DNA of 64,000 bases, from assembly GCA_964252035.1 (NCBI GenBank), contig OZ176211.1; one strand, given 5' to 3'. Shown in pieces: positions 10,538 through 21,570 of the stretch. The notes below the pieces were generated by a model. It did no database searches and was not told the origin of the DNA. It saw only the letters and a list, made by a program, of their open reading frames with translations. Every line of letters begins with the position of its first letter. Within the stretch, counting starts at the first letter, position 1. The DNA comes from Podarcis erhardii. Taxonomy: Eukaryota. The position numbers and the translations under genes were made by a program.

Positions 10538-11517
10538 GTTGTTGTTGTTTAGTCGTTTAGTCGTGTCCGACTCTTCGTGACCCCATGTACCAGAGCACGC
10601 CAGGCATTCCTGTCTTCCACTGCTCCCGCAGTTTGCTCAAACTCATGATGGTAGCTTCAAGAACACTGTCCAACCATCTCGTCCTCTGTCGTCCCCTTCT
10701 CCATCTTTCCCAACATCAGGGTCTTTTCTCATGAGGTGGCCAAAGTATTGGAGCCTCAACTTCACGATCTGTCCTTCTAGTGAACACTCAGGGCTGATTT
10801 CCTTCAGAATGGAGAGGTTTGATCTTCTTGCAGTCCATGGGACTCTCAAGAGTCTCCTCCAGCACCATAATTCAAAAGCATCAATTCTTCGGCGATCAGC
10901 CTTCTTTATGGTCCAGCTCTCACTTCCATACATCACTGCTGGGAAAACCATAGCTTTAACTATACGGACCTTTGTTGGCAAGGTGATGTCTCTGCTTTTT
11001 AGGATACTGTCTAGGTTTGTCATTGCTTTTCTCTCAAGAAAGCAGGCATCTTTTAATTTTGTGACTGCTGTCACCATCTGCAGTGATCATGGAGCCCCCA
11101 AAAAGTAAAATCTCTCACTACCTCCATTTCTTCCCCTTCTATTTGCCAGGAGGTGATGGGACCAGTGGCCATGATCTTCGTTTTTTTGATGTTGAGCTTC
11201 AGACCATATTTTGCACTCTCCTCTTTCACCCTCATTAAAAGGTTCTTTAATTCCTCCTCACTTTCTGCCATCAAGGTTGTGTCATCTGCATATCTGAGGT
11301 TGTTGATATTTCTTCCGGCAATCTTAATTCCGGCTTGGGATTCATCCAGCCCAGCCTTTCGCATGATGAATTCTGCATATAAGTTAAATAAGCAGGGAGA
11401 CAATATACAGCCTTGTTGTACTCCTTTCCCAATTTTGAACCTGGAGCAGGAACCAGCAAGCCACTCCAGTATCCCTGCCAAGAAAACTCCATGGACAAAG
11501 ACAACAGGCATATAAAA
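10538..11517 (-). mobile_element. Bov-B (RTE) LINE, 5'-truncated, with an inverted 5' segment (11441-11517)
   Basis: RT peptides GVQQGCILSPCLFNLYAE, LRYADDTTL and AFELWCWRRLLRVPWTARRSN; (CAA)n tail. Perfect 13-bp TSD GTTGTCTGCTTTT (10525-10537, 11518-11530). Frameshifted, non-autonomous. Confidence 0.95.
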
Positions 11518-11977
11518 GTTGTCTGCTTTTAGAATAGCTAAAGAGGGTGATCGACACACTTTTTTTTTTTTCAGTCAAACCTGAGGGAGAACTTCTCAAG
11601 TAGGTTGGCATCAAGCAGTGCCATTCTTTCCCATATTTTTGTGAGAGACAGACAAATGCTGGGTTTATAAAGATGAAACTGCCGGTATGAGGGTCTTGAT
11701 TGAGGGCCACCTCATCATCTCAGTGGGATATAGAAGCCCAAGTATAATTCTTCAAGTCAGTCTCTCTTTGGCTGCTTTGACAGACAGGCATGGATTTATA
11801 TATATATAAAATCCATTCACTATCTTTCATTTAAAGTGCCCCAATCTTTAGGACATGCAGGAACCAGCCAGGAATTAATTGGTAACTAAAGTGATGAGGT
11901 GGTGCAAATCTACCTGGAATCACCTGCTTTGATGTGAAAGCTTTTCCCCTTATCTCAAATGGTTGCCCACTCACAGG

Positions 11978-12062
11978 TTTTTTGTTTTGTTTTGTTTTGT
12001 TTTGTTTTGTTTTGTTTTGTTTTGTTTTGTTTTGTTTTGTTTTGTTTTGTTTTGTTTTGTTT
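11978..12062. repeat. (TTTTG)n microsatellite
   Basis: Direct observation. Confidence 0.98.
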
Positions 12063-14544
12063 AAAGGGCATCCTTTTCATGCTTAGAGATTTTACACCTG
12101 TCAGTTCCTGAAAATGATTTAAGTTCTACCTGCTCATCTTAATTTTTGCAGTTGTTTTTTTTAAAAAAAAAATCTTTTAAATATTCTTTACGTGTTAGTG
12201 GTCATTTTTGTAGGTGATTTAATAGATGAATCAGTTAAAATTTGGGTTGACTAAAAGAGGCTTTGTTTAATTTTGCAAGAGGGTTAAAAAAAATTTTTTT
12301 TTAATGGAGGTGTTTATGAGCATGGCAGATGGCAAGCCCCATTTTTTTAAAAAAAAGGAATTCCCTTTCTGAGATAAAACCTCCTGTAACACACATGCAC
12401 ACAGCTACTGATTTGTTCATTTCCTAATTTAATTGGTCGATGGAACGACTGGACCATAATAAATAAACAAAACCAAGCACTAAGAAGCAAGGGCTCTGAT
12501 TATTTTATTTGGGGAACTGACTTGTGGGTGGAGTGGATTTTCTCCCTTGATTCTCTCCCATAATGTCTTCCCTGTTTCTCTCCAGCACGTTATTCCATAT
12601 CACTTTCATTGTCTTCCCGCTTGGTAAGGCCACTTGATGCCCCCGAAGCTGATGCTTCAATAAAACAATTACTATTTGGTGCCTTAGGACTCTTTCATTG
12701 CATTTCTCCCACATTTGCATTCATATTTAATGCTCGTAGTTCCCTTCTATCTGAATGGAATCCTATTTCTTAAAGAAATGAATATTTTGAAGAAGGAAAG
12801 GTGAAGATTCCTATCCTTCAGGTGTCGGTTTTTGGAATAATAAATATTGCTCTAACTTGGCTCCATTGTTGCCGTTGTCATTTCCATTTATATTCCTCCC
12901 TCCCTCCCAAAGGAGCCCCAAGCAGCAAACCACTTCAATAACAATATCATTAAAAGCATTCCAAAAACTGCTTAAAACAATTGCATTCTCTCAGGCAAGG
13001 ATTTTAAGGTTTCCAGGAACACTGCATTTCAGCCAGCAAATGTCTGGGCAAAAAGGAATGTTTCTAAATTCCTCTTGAAAGTCAGTAATGAGGATGACAC
13101 ATGCACCCATCATTGTGCACTAGAAGAAAGTTTGAAAGAAGTAATGTTCTACCCGTCTCCTGTTTTGGCTGTCGATTCAGATAAGTAGGTAATGTGAATG
13201 TGAAGTGTTTAGAATTTAATCCAACAGCATTGTCTTTTGTGGAGACTTGGCAGCTCGTTTTAGAGTAAGAGCGCAGTCAATTCCTGCACTATTCAAAGCC
13301 ATTCCCGGATTTTTGGCACTCTCTATTACAAAGATGGATTCTCCAGAGACAGTGTTACAGTGTTTCCTGAACTAAGACTTCTGTGTCTTGGTGGTCACGC
13401 TCAACCCACCTAATTGTGATAAGTTGCATGACTGCAGCACCTCTTGCCAAAGGACTCTTCAAAGTTTGTGTACAGTAAGAAGGGTTTGTTTTGTTTTGAG
13501 CCAGGTTTTGTGCCTAGACTTCTAACTGGATAATTTATAGATTGCAGATTGAATTTTAATCTGTCTGGGCAAACAGAGACCTTCTAACGCTGTGTACAAA
13601 GATCCACGGGCTTGTTGAGTGGATAGATCTTAATAACTTGTAAGCACTGTATAGTGCTGTGCAAGGCCTTATGGTAATCTAAATTAACCACTGCAGTTTG
13701 TGTAATTGGTAATAAAAGGAACACCAGAAACTAAATGAAGGGGAAAGTGGCTTTGCTGAGTGACAACAGTGAGATATTAAACAGAGAATACTTAATTGCT
13801 TTTATTATGAATGGCTAAAGCTGTAATGGTGTGACAGAGATAAAGAATTGCCCAGATCTTCCATAAAGCTATTTGTTCTTTGTTTCTAATTTAGCAGTCC
13901 ATTATGGTGGTGTTAGCTAGCTAAAGTAAAATTGAATAACTTAAGAAATTAAAGATTTCTGCGGGAACATACATAATGCACTGAGACTTTTAGGGCTGCT
14001 ACAATAGAAGTTATCTGTTTTCTGGTTAATGCGATGTGACTGCGTATTGCTGAAAAACATGGAGGAAATTAATCGTTGCTGTAATTAGAACCAGGCCAAT
14101 TATTGGCTGGGGAAGGATTGATTTAGGAACTATGGCTAAGCTATGCCACACCCTGTGATTAAATTACAGTTCCTTGCTCAAGTGACCAGATGTAAAGCAT
14201 CTATCCCTTTAATCACTGTGTAGAAGGTGCTGCTTGACTTTGAAAGGTGAGGAACGATACATCAACATCACCTTATTTATTGTTCTATGTTTTAAAACAG
14301 GTAGTTTTGGAGCAATATTCTGTTCAGTTCTCAGTATATTGGCACAGTCAGGGAATGGGGGAAACCCTTTCTACTGCAAGTCACTTAGAGATCTAGCAGA
14401 AGTTCCTTATCTACCTTCTGGCCATTCCTCAAAATCCATGGGTGAATTTTTCTGTTTAGATTGGATAATGTGTGTGATCAAAAGCTGCAATCTATAGCCA
14501 ATGGGAAATGTATATATTCATCTCTAATTATTCATCTCTTATTG

Positions 14545-14592
14545 TTGTTAGTCGCCCTGAGCCTGGCTTCGGTTGGGGAGGGCGGGATATAA

Positions 14593-14645
<53 letters not shown>
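14545..14645 (+). mobile_element. L2-type 3' end (second subfamily) with (ATT)n tail
   Basis: GTTAGTCGCCCTGAGCCTGGCTTCGGTTGGGGAGGGCGGGATATAAATTATT; reverse-complement homologues at ~29757 and ~33875. Confidence 0.7.
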
Positions 14646-14647
<2 letters not shown>

Positions 14648-14695
14648 CCAGCTTGCTTTTACCACCGTTAAACACTGAGTGCTTGTCCTTTACGA

Positions 14696-15021
14696 CAGTG
14701 TTTTTCAACCACTGTTCCGCGGCACACTAGTGTGCCGTGAGATGTTGCCTGGTGTGCTGTGGGAAAAATTGAAAAATTTGAAAGATTTAAAAATAAAGTC
14801 TTTTATAATTTTTCATATTTCTATTTACTTACTATTTCATAATAAAGTAATTATAAAATACTTTCTTTGTGTTTATTTGATTCCTGTTCAAGAGAATTAT
14901 TTTATATATAGTCAATATAGGCACAGAGTTAAATTTTTTAACATTTTCTAATGGTGGTGTGCCTCGTGATTTTTTTCATGATACAAGTGTGCCTTTGCCC
15001 AAAAAAGGTTGAAAAACACTG
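14696..15021. mobile_element. Non-autonomous hAT transposon (326 bp)
   Basis: Perfect 15-bp TIRs CAGTGTTTTTCAACC / GGTTGAAAAACACTG; perfect 8-bp TSD CTTTACGA (14688-14695, 15022-15029). Confidence 0.95.
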
Positions 15022-15495
15022 CTTTACGATGATATTAGGCTAACAAATAACTGCTTGTTTAGATCTGTTGTGAGAGAGCTCAGCCTTCAAAAGCAGGCCA
15101 CATCTTTGCATTAGCTATTTTGCTTGACTTATGTCTAGACATTCTTTGCCCATCTTGAAGTAAAACAATTTCTCTTTTCTGCCTTCCTCAAAGGCAAACA
15201 TGCATTGCCCCCATACTTTGCTTTGTTTGCTTAGCAACAGCTGACCCTAAATATTCAAAACGTGCTGCTTTATTGGGGGGCAGGGTGTCTTATTGTTTTA
15301 TTGTCGTTTTGCTTAACATTGCATTGCTACGGCATTGTGGTTTCTCTGTTTCATTGTTTGCTATATATACATATTGTATTTGTTATTTTGCAAACCACAC
15401 AGAGACTGACTTGAGTATTAAGCAATATATAAATATATGAAGTAAGTAAATTAACAATATGAAAATCTACCAGCTCTGGATGCAGCTCATACATA

Positions 15496-15714
15496 TAGTG
15501 GTACCTCGGGTTATGAACTTAATTCATTCTGGAGGTCCATTCTTAACCCAAAACGGTTCTTAACCTGAGGTGTGCTTTCGCTCATGGGGCCTGCCCCTGT
15601 GCCGCCAGTGCGCAATTTCCATTCTCATCCTGGGGCAAAGTTCTCAACCCGAGGTGCTACTTCCAGGTTAGCAGAGTTTGTAACCCAAAGTGTTTGTAAC
15701 CCGAGGTACCACTG
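15496..15714. mobile_element. Tc1/mariner-type MITE (CAGTGGTACCTC family)
   Basis: TIRs (T)AGTGGTACCTCGGGTT / AACCCGAGGTACCACTG flanked by TA. Confidence 0.9.
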
Positions 15715-15723
15715 TATTCCTAT

Positions 15724-15981
15724 AAGAAGAAGAAGAAGAGAAGAAGAGTTTGGATTTGATATCCCGCCTTTCACTCCCCTTCAGGAGTCTCAAAGCGGCT
15801 AACATTCTCCTTTCCCTTCCTCCCCCACAACAAACACTCTGTGAGGTGAGTGGGGCTGAGAGACTTCAAAGAAGTGTGACTGGCCCAAGGTCACCCAGCA
15901 GCTGCATGTGGAGGAGCGGAGACGCGAACCCGGTTCCCCAGATTACGAGTCCACTGCTCTTAACCACTACACCACACTGGC
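15724..15981 (-). mobile_element. Squam3-like tRNA-derived SINE
   Basis: On the minus strand: tRNA-like head GCCAGTGTGGTGTAGTGGTTAAGAG and (TTC)n tail. Second copy at 46917-47163. Name from recall. Confidence 0.85.
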
Positions 15982-16159
15982 TCTCTTTTAGGAATAGCCC
16001 ATTTAAACATTTTCTTCATTTCATTATACATAACCTATTTGTTTTATCAGACAATGCCTCCTAGGCATGTGGACCAGTGTGATTTGCACATTTTGGGGTA
16101 AAATTGTAAAAAAAAAAAGCTCGACAACTTTGGAGTAAAATCCTACAAAAAAATAAAAA

Positions 16160-16237
16160 TCAACAACTTCGGGCGGCCCTCACGCATATTCACTTCATCA
16201 AATCTGGCCCTCTTTGAAAAACGTTTGGGCACCCCTG
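16160..16237. mobile_element. hAT terminal fragment
   Basis: Ends CTGGCCCTCTTTGAAAAACGTTTGGGCACCCCTG, a typical hAT right terminus. No matching left end identified. Confidence 0.5.
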
Positions 16238-17404
16238 ATATAGATCACCCATACTTGCAAGCACAGTGTGGCCCCTCCACACCCTCACCCATGACCCAAG
16301 TGGATGCCGTCAGTTGTCTGAAGTGGGCCAGAGCATTCGGCCAATGTGCAGTACATGAAGCGAAGCAGCCTTCGTAATTAACCTGCTGTGAAGCAAGCAG
16401 GCACAGCAAACTCTGTTAAGGACCCTTAAGGTGTTGTTGCTTTCTTTGCACTGCCCTAATTTATTCGAAGAAAAAGAAAAGAAACGGAGTAATAAAAAAG
16501 AAAGAAAGCGCTTCACCTTTTAGTCACTCTGTCACTGCCAATAGTTTGACTCCAGTGGAGCTAACGTGGTGCTGTGAGGGACAGGTGGCCGAGCAGCAAA
16601 AAAAGAAAGCTTTTGTAATTGCTTGGCATGTCAGTTCTGTGCTCAGGAACATAGGCACCAGTTGGCAGATTGGATTAAAGTCCTCCTGCGGGTTGGCTTC
16701 GGTATGCTTAATACCTGCACTCCAGATTGCCTCTACAAATATTAAAAAGTGCAAACTACACCCAGTTACAAGGGATGCTGTTGGAGTGGCCACTTATGCA
16801 TTGCCAGAAAAAAGCAAAAAAGCAAAGACTTCACCACAAAAGGAGACAAAAGATTATGCACATTCGCATTTGAAAAGTGATGGTGGTGATACTTATTACT
16901 GCACCCTTCACCGGCAGGGACTAGGGCAAGTTACAACCATTTAAAACTCAGTATTAAAAGAAATTGAAACACATAACAGTCCCAGTAATCAGATGAGTCC
17001 TAAAAATGCAAAGCTCCGGTATCAAAAGCCAGGACAAAGAGGTGTGTCTTCAGCATCAGTTGGAAGCTGTGCAGTGATGGTGCCAGACACATCTCTGTGG
17101 GGGAAGGAGTTTCGTGGCTTAGGGGCTGCCATTAAGAAGGCCCTCTGCCAGGCCGCCACCACTACTGAACCTCTTAGGGCAGCAGAACTACCAGCCCGTC
17201 CCCCCAATAATAGCCAAAAGGTTCTGTAGGGAAGAAGGCAGTCTCTTGGATATTTGGGGTTTAATCCATCTAGGGCTTTATATGTATAGACACATGTTTA
17301 TAAATAATCACTTTAAATAGAAATACAATTCATCTGACAATGGTGGAGAAGGCTGAGGTCAGGTGAGATTTCTGCTCCTCAATTTGCTGTCCAGGTGCTG
17401 ACTA

Positions 17405-17795
17405 TGAATCACAGAACTATAGTGTTGGAAGGGATCCTGAGGCTCACCTGGTCCAATCCTCTGCAATGCAGGGATATGCAGTTGTTCCTTACGGGGATCG
17501 AACCTGCAACCTTGGCATTACAGTGGTACCTCGGGTTACATACGCTTCAGGTTACATACGCTTCTGGTTACAGACTTCGCTAACCCAGAAATAGTAGCTC
17601 AGGTTAAGAACTTTGCTTCAGGATGAGAACAGAAATTGTGCAGCAGTGGCGCAGCGGCAGCAGGAGGCCCCATTAGCTAAAGTGGTGCTTCAGGTTAAGA
17701 ACAGTTTCAGGTTAAGAACGGACCTCCGGAACGAATTAAGTACTTAACCCGAGGTACCACTGTAATCAACACCATGCTCTAACCAGATGAGCTAT
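17405..17795 (-). mobile_element. tRNA-derived SINE with CR1-like tail, interrupted by a MITE
   Basis: The flanks ...GGGGATCGAACCTGCAACCTTGGCATTA and ATCAACACCATGCTCTAACCAGATGAGCTA reconstruct the reverse complement of the SINE at 44322. Confidence 0.85.
17521..17762. mobile_element. Tc1/mariner-type MITE (CAGTGGTACCTC family)
   Basis: TIR CAGTGGTACCTCGGGTTA / TAACCCGAGGTACCACTG; TA on both sides. Confidence 0.95.
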
Positions 17796-18793
17796 CACTG
17801 TGTGGCAGACAACTGGTCACACAATGATCTGGTCAGACAACTTCAAGGCCCCTGAAAGCTCCCTTCTGATGGCTTATTCATCTTTAAACCAGACTCAGCC
17901 CTCCAGATAGAGGACACAGTCCAACAGAGGACAATCTTCTTGATGAACTCGTGTGGGTAGCATGCAGCTCCCTTCATCACTTGATTAGCCAATGCTTCAC
18001 TCTGTTCACTCCAAAACATTTTCTCCGAAAGTGAAGGGGGATCTCACCTGCTGGCTTCACTTGTGCTTGGCCAATGTTAGATGTGAGCAAAGCTCTACAT
18101 GTCTAGAACTGTATGCACATAGGCTCTTTGATGTGAAAGGGATCTCTGGACCATTAAGGTCCCCCAACTGTGCATACGGGGAGCACATCCACATGCTGTT
18201 AGATGACTGCAGAGCTCTGTTTGTGCTTGCCAATATCCCACTGCTTCCTTCCTTCCACATCTGTAGGCGAGAGCACAGCAAGTTTGACCCAAGCAGAATA
18301 TGTGACCCATCTTTGTTGAAAGGTGTTTCATTAGTCTGAACCCTGGGTGATGGGAAAGTTTTGTCTGTGTTGATTAATCTTCAGTTGATTTCTGGGTGAT
18401 GAGCATGCATCTGCGACCTGACCCCGTGAAGTATGAAAAGAGGCAAAATTTTAAAGATAGGTAACTCCTTTTTTTTTTCTTTTTTTTAAACTGATTCCAA
18501 AGCACATATTTCTTAGAGTAGGTCCAGCTTAGGGCACACTTGTTATACAGTGAGCAGTTCTGGCTGCTGTATCTCAAAAAGGATATTACAGAATGGGAAA
18601 AGAGGCAGAAAAGGGCAAGCAAAATGATCTCAGAACTGAAGGAACTACCCGATGGGAACAGGTTAGAATGCCTAGGGCTTTTTAGTGGGGGGTGGGAATT
18701 GGTGTGTAAGTGTGGACATGATAGATGTGTATAAAATTGTACATGAAATGAAGGAAGCAAGAAGCTTTTCTCCCTTTCTCAAAATACTAGAAC

Positions 18794-18835
18794 CCAGAGT
18801 GGCTGGGGAAACCCAGCCAGATGGGCGGGGTATAA

Positions 18836-18871
<36 letters not shown>
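18794..18871 (+). mobile_element. Short L2-type 3' tail inserted in CR1
   Basis: CCAGAGTGGCTGGGGAAACCCAGCCAGATGGGCGGGGTATAAA followed by (TTA)n. Confidence 0.8.
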
Positions 18872-18872
<1 letters not shown>

Positions 18873-18944
18873 GGCCATCCAAGGAAACTGAATGTTGGAA
18901 GATTTGGGACAGGCAAAAGGACTTCTTCACACAGCACGTACATA

Positions 18945-19551
18945 CCGTATTTTTTGCTCTATAAGACTCACTTTTTCCCTGCTAAAAAGTAAGGGGAAAT
19001 GTCTGTGCGTCTTATGGAGCGAATGCAGGCTGCGCAGCTATCGCAGAAGCCAGAACAGCAAGAGGGATTGCTGCTTTCACTGCGCAGCGATCCCTCTTGC
19101 TGTACTGGCTTCTGAGATTCAGATTTTTTTTTTCTTGTTTTCCTCCTCCAAAAACTAGGTGCGCCTTTGTTGGGATTCGCAGGATACTGAGTAAGTCTGC
19201 AGGCTTCAACAGGCTGATGCAATACTCTGTAAAGTGCTGGGTCAGAGTGACTCAGCAGGAGTGTGATTAATGTGATTGGCTATCACCTGTTTTAAAAGGA
19301 AGGCCTGTTCAACAGTAATTCTGGTTGGTGTAATTGTGCTGTGGTGTGGTGGTGCTGTGGTGGAGAGTATTCGTTTGCCTTAAGGAGCAGGTACTCTGTA
19401 TGGACTGTTTTTGTAAATACTTGTATATAGCTCACATTAAAAAGACTGCACTGAAAAGAAACCTGGGACTCTGAGCGTTTCGCTAAAAAGCGCCGCAAGG
19501 AATTCGCGACAGTCTTGTGGTCTGGTGCGTCATATAGAGCGAAAAATACGG
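18945..19551. mobile_element. Tc1/pogo-type MITE containing a solo LTR
   Basis: TIRs CCGTATTTTTTGCTCTATAAGAC / GTCATATAGAGCGAAAAATACGG, flanked by TA. Without the LTR and one TSD it is 258 bp, versus 260 bp for the uninterrupted copy at 47792. Confidence 0.92.
19168..19511 (+). mobile_element. Solo LTR, family B (344 bp)
   Basis: TGTTGGGATT...AATTCGCGACA; 5-bp TSD GCCTT/GTCTT. ATTGG at 19275, TATA-like TTTAAAA at 19291, ATTAAA at 19436. Absent from the sister MITE copy. Confidence 0.85.
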
Positions 19552-19728
19552 TAGTTAACTTTGAGTTTGCTAGCACAAAGTGTGGTGATGGTCAACAGTG
19601 GGATCCTCTTTAAAAGAGGATTAGACAAATTCATGGAGGGTAAGGCTATTGAGGGCTACAACCTATAATGCATATGTTCCGCCTGCTTGCCTGCCATGAA
19701 GGCAGTCATGTCATAATGGCAATATGCT

Positions 19729-20094
19729 GACATACAAGCTACGGGACAAGGATAACTGTGACTTTAAAGATGAACGGGAACCCTTTACAAAGTATTTGAA
19801 GACGCAACAAAGCGAACTGGACTCCTTGGCTGGCTTTGAATAAATATTCACAAACTTTTCTATTGATGATAATCAGCTAAAAAGTTTGAGGATCTATACA
19901 ACTGTGCAACATGCAGAAAACAGCATTCTTAGAGAAATCAGAGACTGGAACTGAGGGAAGCTGGAGGGTGGGGGTGGGTGGGTTTTGTGGGGGAGAGTGG
20001 GGGAAGGGAGGAAAAATGGGGAAATAAGGATGATATGTTTCTGGATAATATGTTTTGTTTTAATTTTGAATTAAAAAAGTTAAAATAAAATAAA
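19729..20094 (+). mobile_element. L1-clade LINE 3' end
   Basis: ORF2-like C-terminus (...DFKDEREPFTKYLKTQQSELDSLAGFE*), G-rich 3' UTR, (TAAAA)n tail. Perfect 16-bp TSD ATAATGGCAATATGCT (19713-19728, 20095-20110). Confidence 0.85.
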
Positions 20095-20202
20095 ATAATG
20101 GCAATATGCTACTGCTAGGTTCAGAGGCAACACACTTCTGAATACAAATCACAGGGGGGTCACAAGATTTAGAGTGTTTCTGGGCTTCCTGGAGCCATCT
20201 GA

Positions 20203-20255
20203 TCAAACCTGCAACCTTGGCGTTGTCAGCATCACGCTCTAAACAACTGAGCTAT
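20203..20255 (-). mobile_element. Head fragment of the CR1-tailed tRNA SINE
   Basis: CAAACCTGCAACCTTGGCGTTGTCAGCATCACGCTCTAAACAACTGAGCTA is homologous to the head at 17490-17795. Confidence 0.7.
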
Positions 20256-21269
20256 TCTTTTTCCTGGTGCCTGTGGTATGGTTTTAGGTGTACATTTAAA
20301 ACATTTTAACTATGTGTCCCATAAAAACATAAGCTGTGAAATATCTCTGAGGCGACAGGTGGAAAGAAGTGAGGTGAAGAAAGTCGTTTAAGATAATGTC
20401 TTACATTTAAAGTCAGTTCTGTCTGGCGCCAGAACGACCGGATATAATGGAAGGAAGACTATTCCCTTTCAATACTTGGGTGGCTGTCACAAATGCTTTT
20501 TGTAGCCTAATAAGTGGAGGCAAAACTTTTCCCTGCCAAACTCCAATTTGCCCCCCCCCATGTATTTATTCATAATTTTAAAAAAATTCTATACACCATC
20601 TCATGATAAAAATATCAAGGCAGTGAGCAAGACTAGATAAAGAAATACAACAGAACATAATATAACATTTAAAAAAATACCAAAAATGTATATTAAAATG
20701 ACTGGCAATCTTAAGAAGATTTAAGCTGTTGAAACAAAAGATTGTCTTCCATAAACACGGTTTTAACAGTGAGTCCCTAAGTGACTGTGGAGGCCAATTC
20801 TGGATCCACACGTCCTTCCACAGTGGGGACATTGGTTTCTGGGTGGGAGTTGATCACGGTGTGGATTTGCCAAGCGTGCCTTCCTCTTAGCACGTTTCTC
20901 CCATGCATCCTGAGTTTGAGTGTCTTCAAAGCCCCTGACACCTTTGGTAAAGGCTGTTCTCCAACTGGAGCACTCACAGGCCAGTGTTTCCCAGTTGTCA
21001 AGTGTTTATACTACATTTTTTACCAGAGACACTAGATAACAGACTTCTAGTTGAAGCTGGTCAGGCTTCTGAAACCCAGGGGATAATTAACCGCACTCTT
21101 GCAAGCGATGTCAGTCATGAAGCTGAGCTATAAAAGCTCAGGTGTTTCCTGGGCTCAAGCTGCTCAGGGTTTTGAACCTTGCCCAGCAGTATATGGGTAG
21201 AAAGTGCAGATGTTTCAGCAGAGATGTCTGCATGCTGCCAGCCATCTGCCCCTACCAGCTGTCTAGTAA

Positions 21270-21570
21270 ACCTTATTTATTATTTATTATTATTTATTAT
21301 TTATTTATTATTTATTCCATAAAATGTATCCCCCAATTGATTGTAAAAAGGGGGGGGGAGCCTCAAAGCAGTTCATAAAAATTAAACAATAAAATCGAGA
21401 AAAATTCACAACCATACGTTAAAACATGCAAAGGATAAAATAATAGAACAGATTAAAGTTACCCCAACTGGGTAGACTTGTTTAAAAAAGAATGTTTTTA
21501 GCAGGCACCGAAAAGAGCACAGCAAAGGGGCCATGGCTTGAGGCAGAGAGTTCCAAAGTAGACACTAAAC
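21270..21570 (-). mobile_element. L2-type 3' fragment (third subfamily)
   Basis: (TTATTTA)n tail plus GGGTAGACTTG...AAGAATGTTTTTAGCAGGCACC; homologues at ~50065-50420 and ~57960-58190. Confidence 0.6.

Larger units (their letters stand above)
18525..20200 (+). mobile_element. CR1 LINE 3' portion hosting three direct insertions, one containing a further LTR
   Basis: ORF2 remnant QFWLLYLKKDITEWEKRQKRASKMISELKELPDGNRLECLGLFS. CR1 sequence resumes at 18872, 19554 and 20111 after each insert. Outer boundaries approximate. Confidence 0.8.

Noticed and set aside
12505-12720. Protein-like 71-aa minus-strand ORF (possible retrocopy)
   Set aside because: No poly(A), TSD or recognisable homologue; cannot be supported without a search.
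19960-20025. G-quadruplex as a novel regulatory element
   Set aside because: It is the G-rich 3' UTR of the L1 fragment, an already known L1 property.
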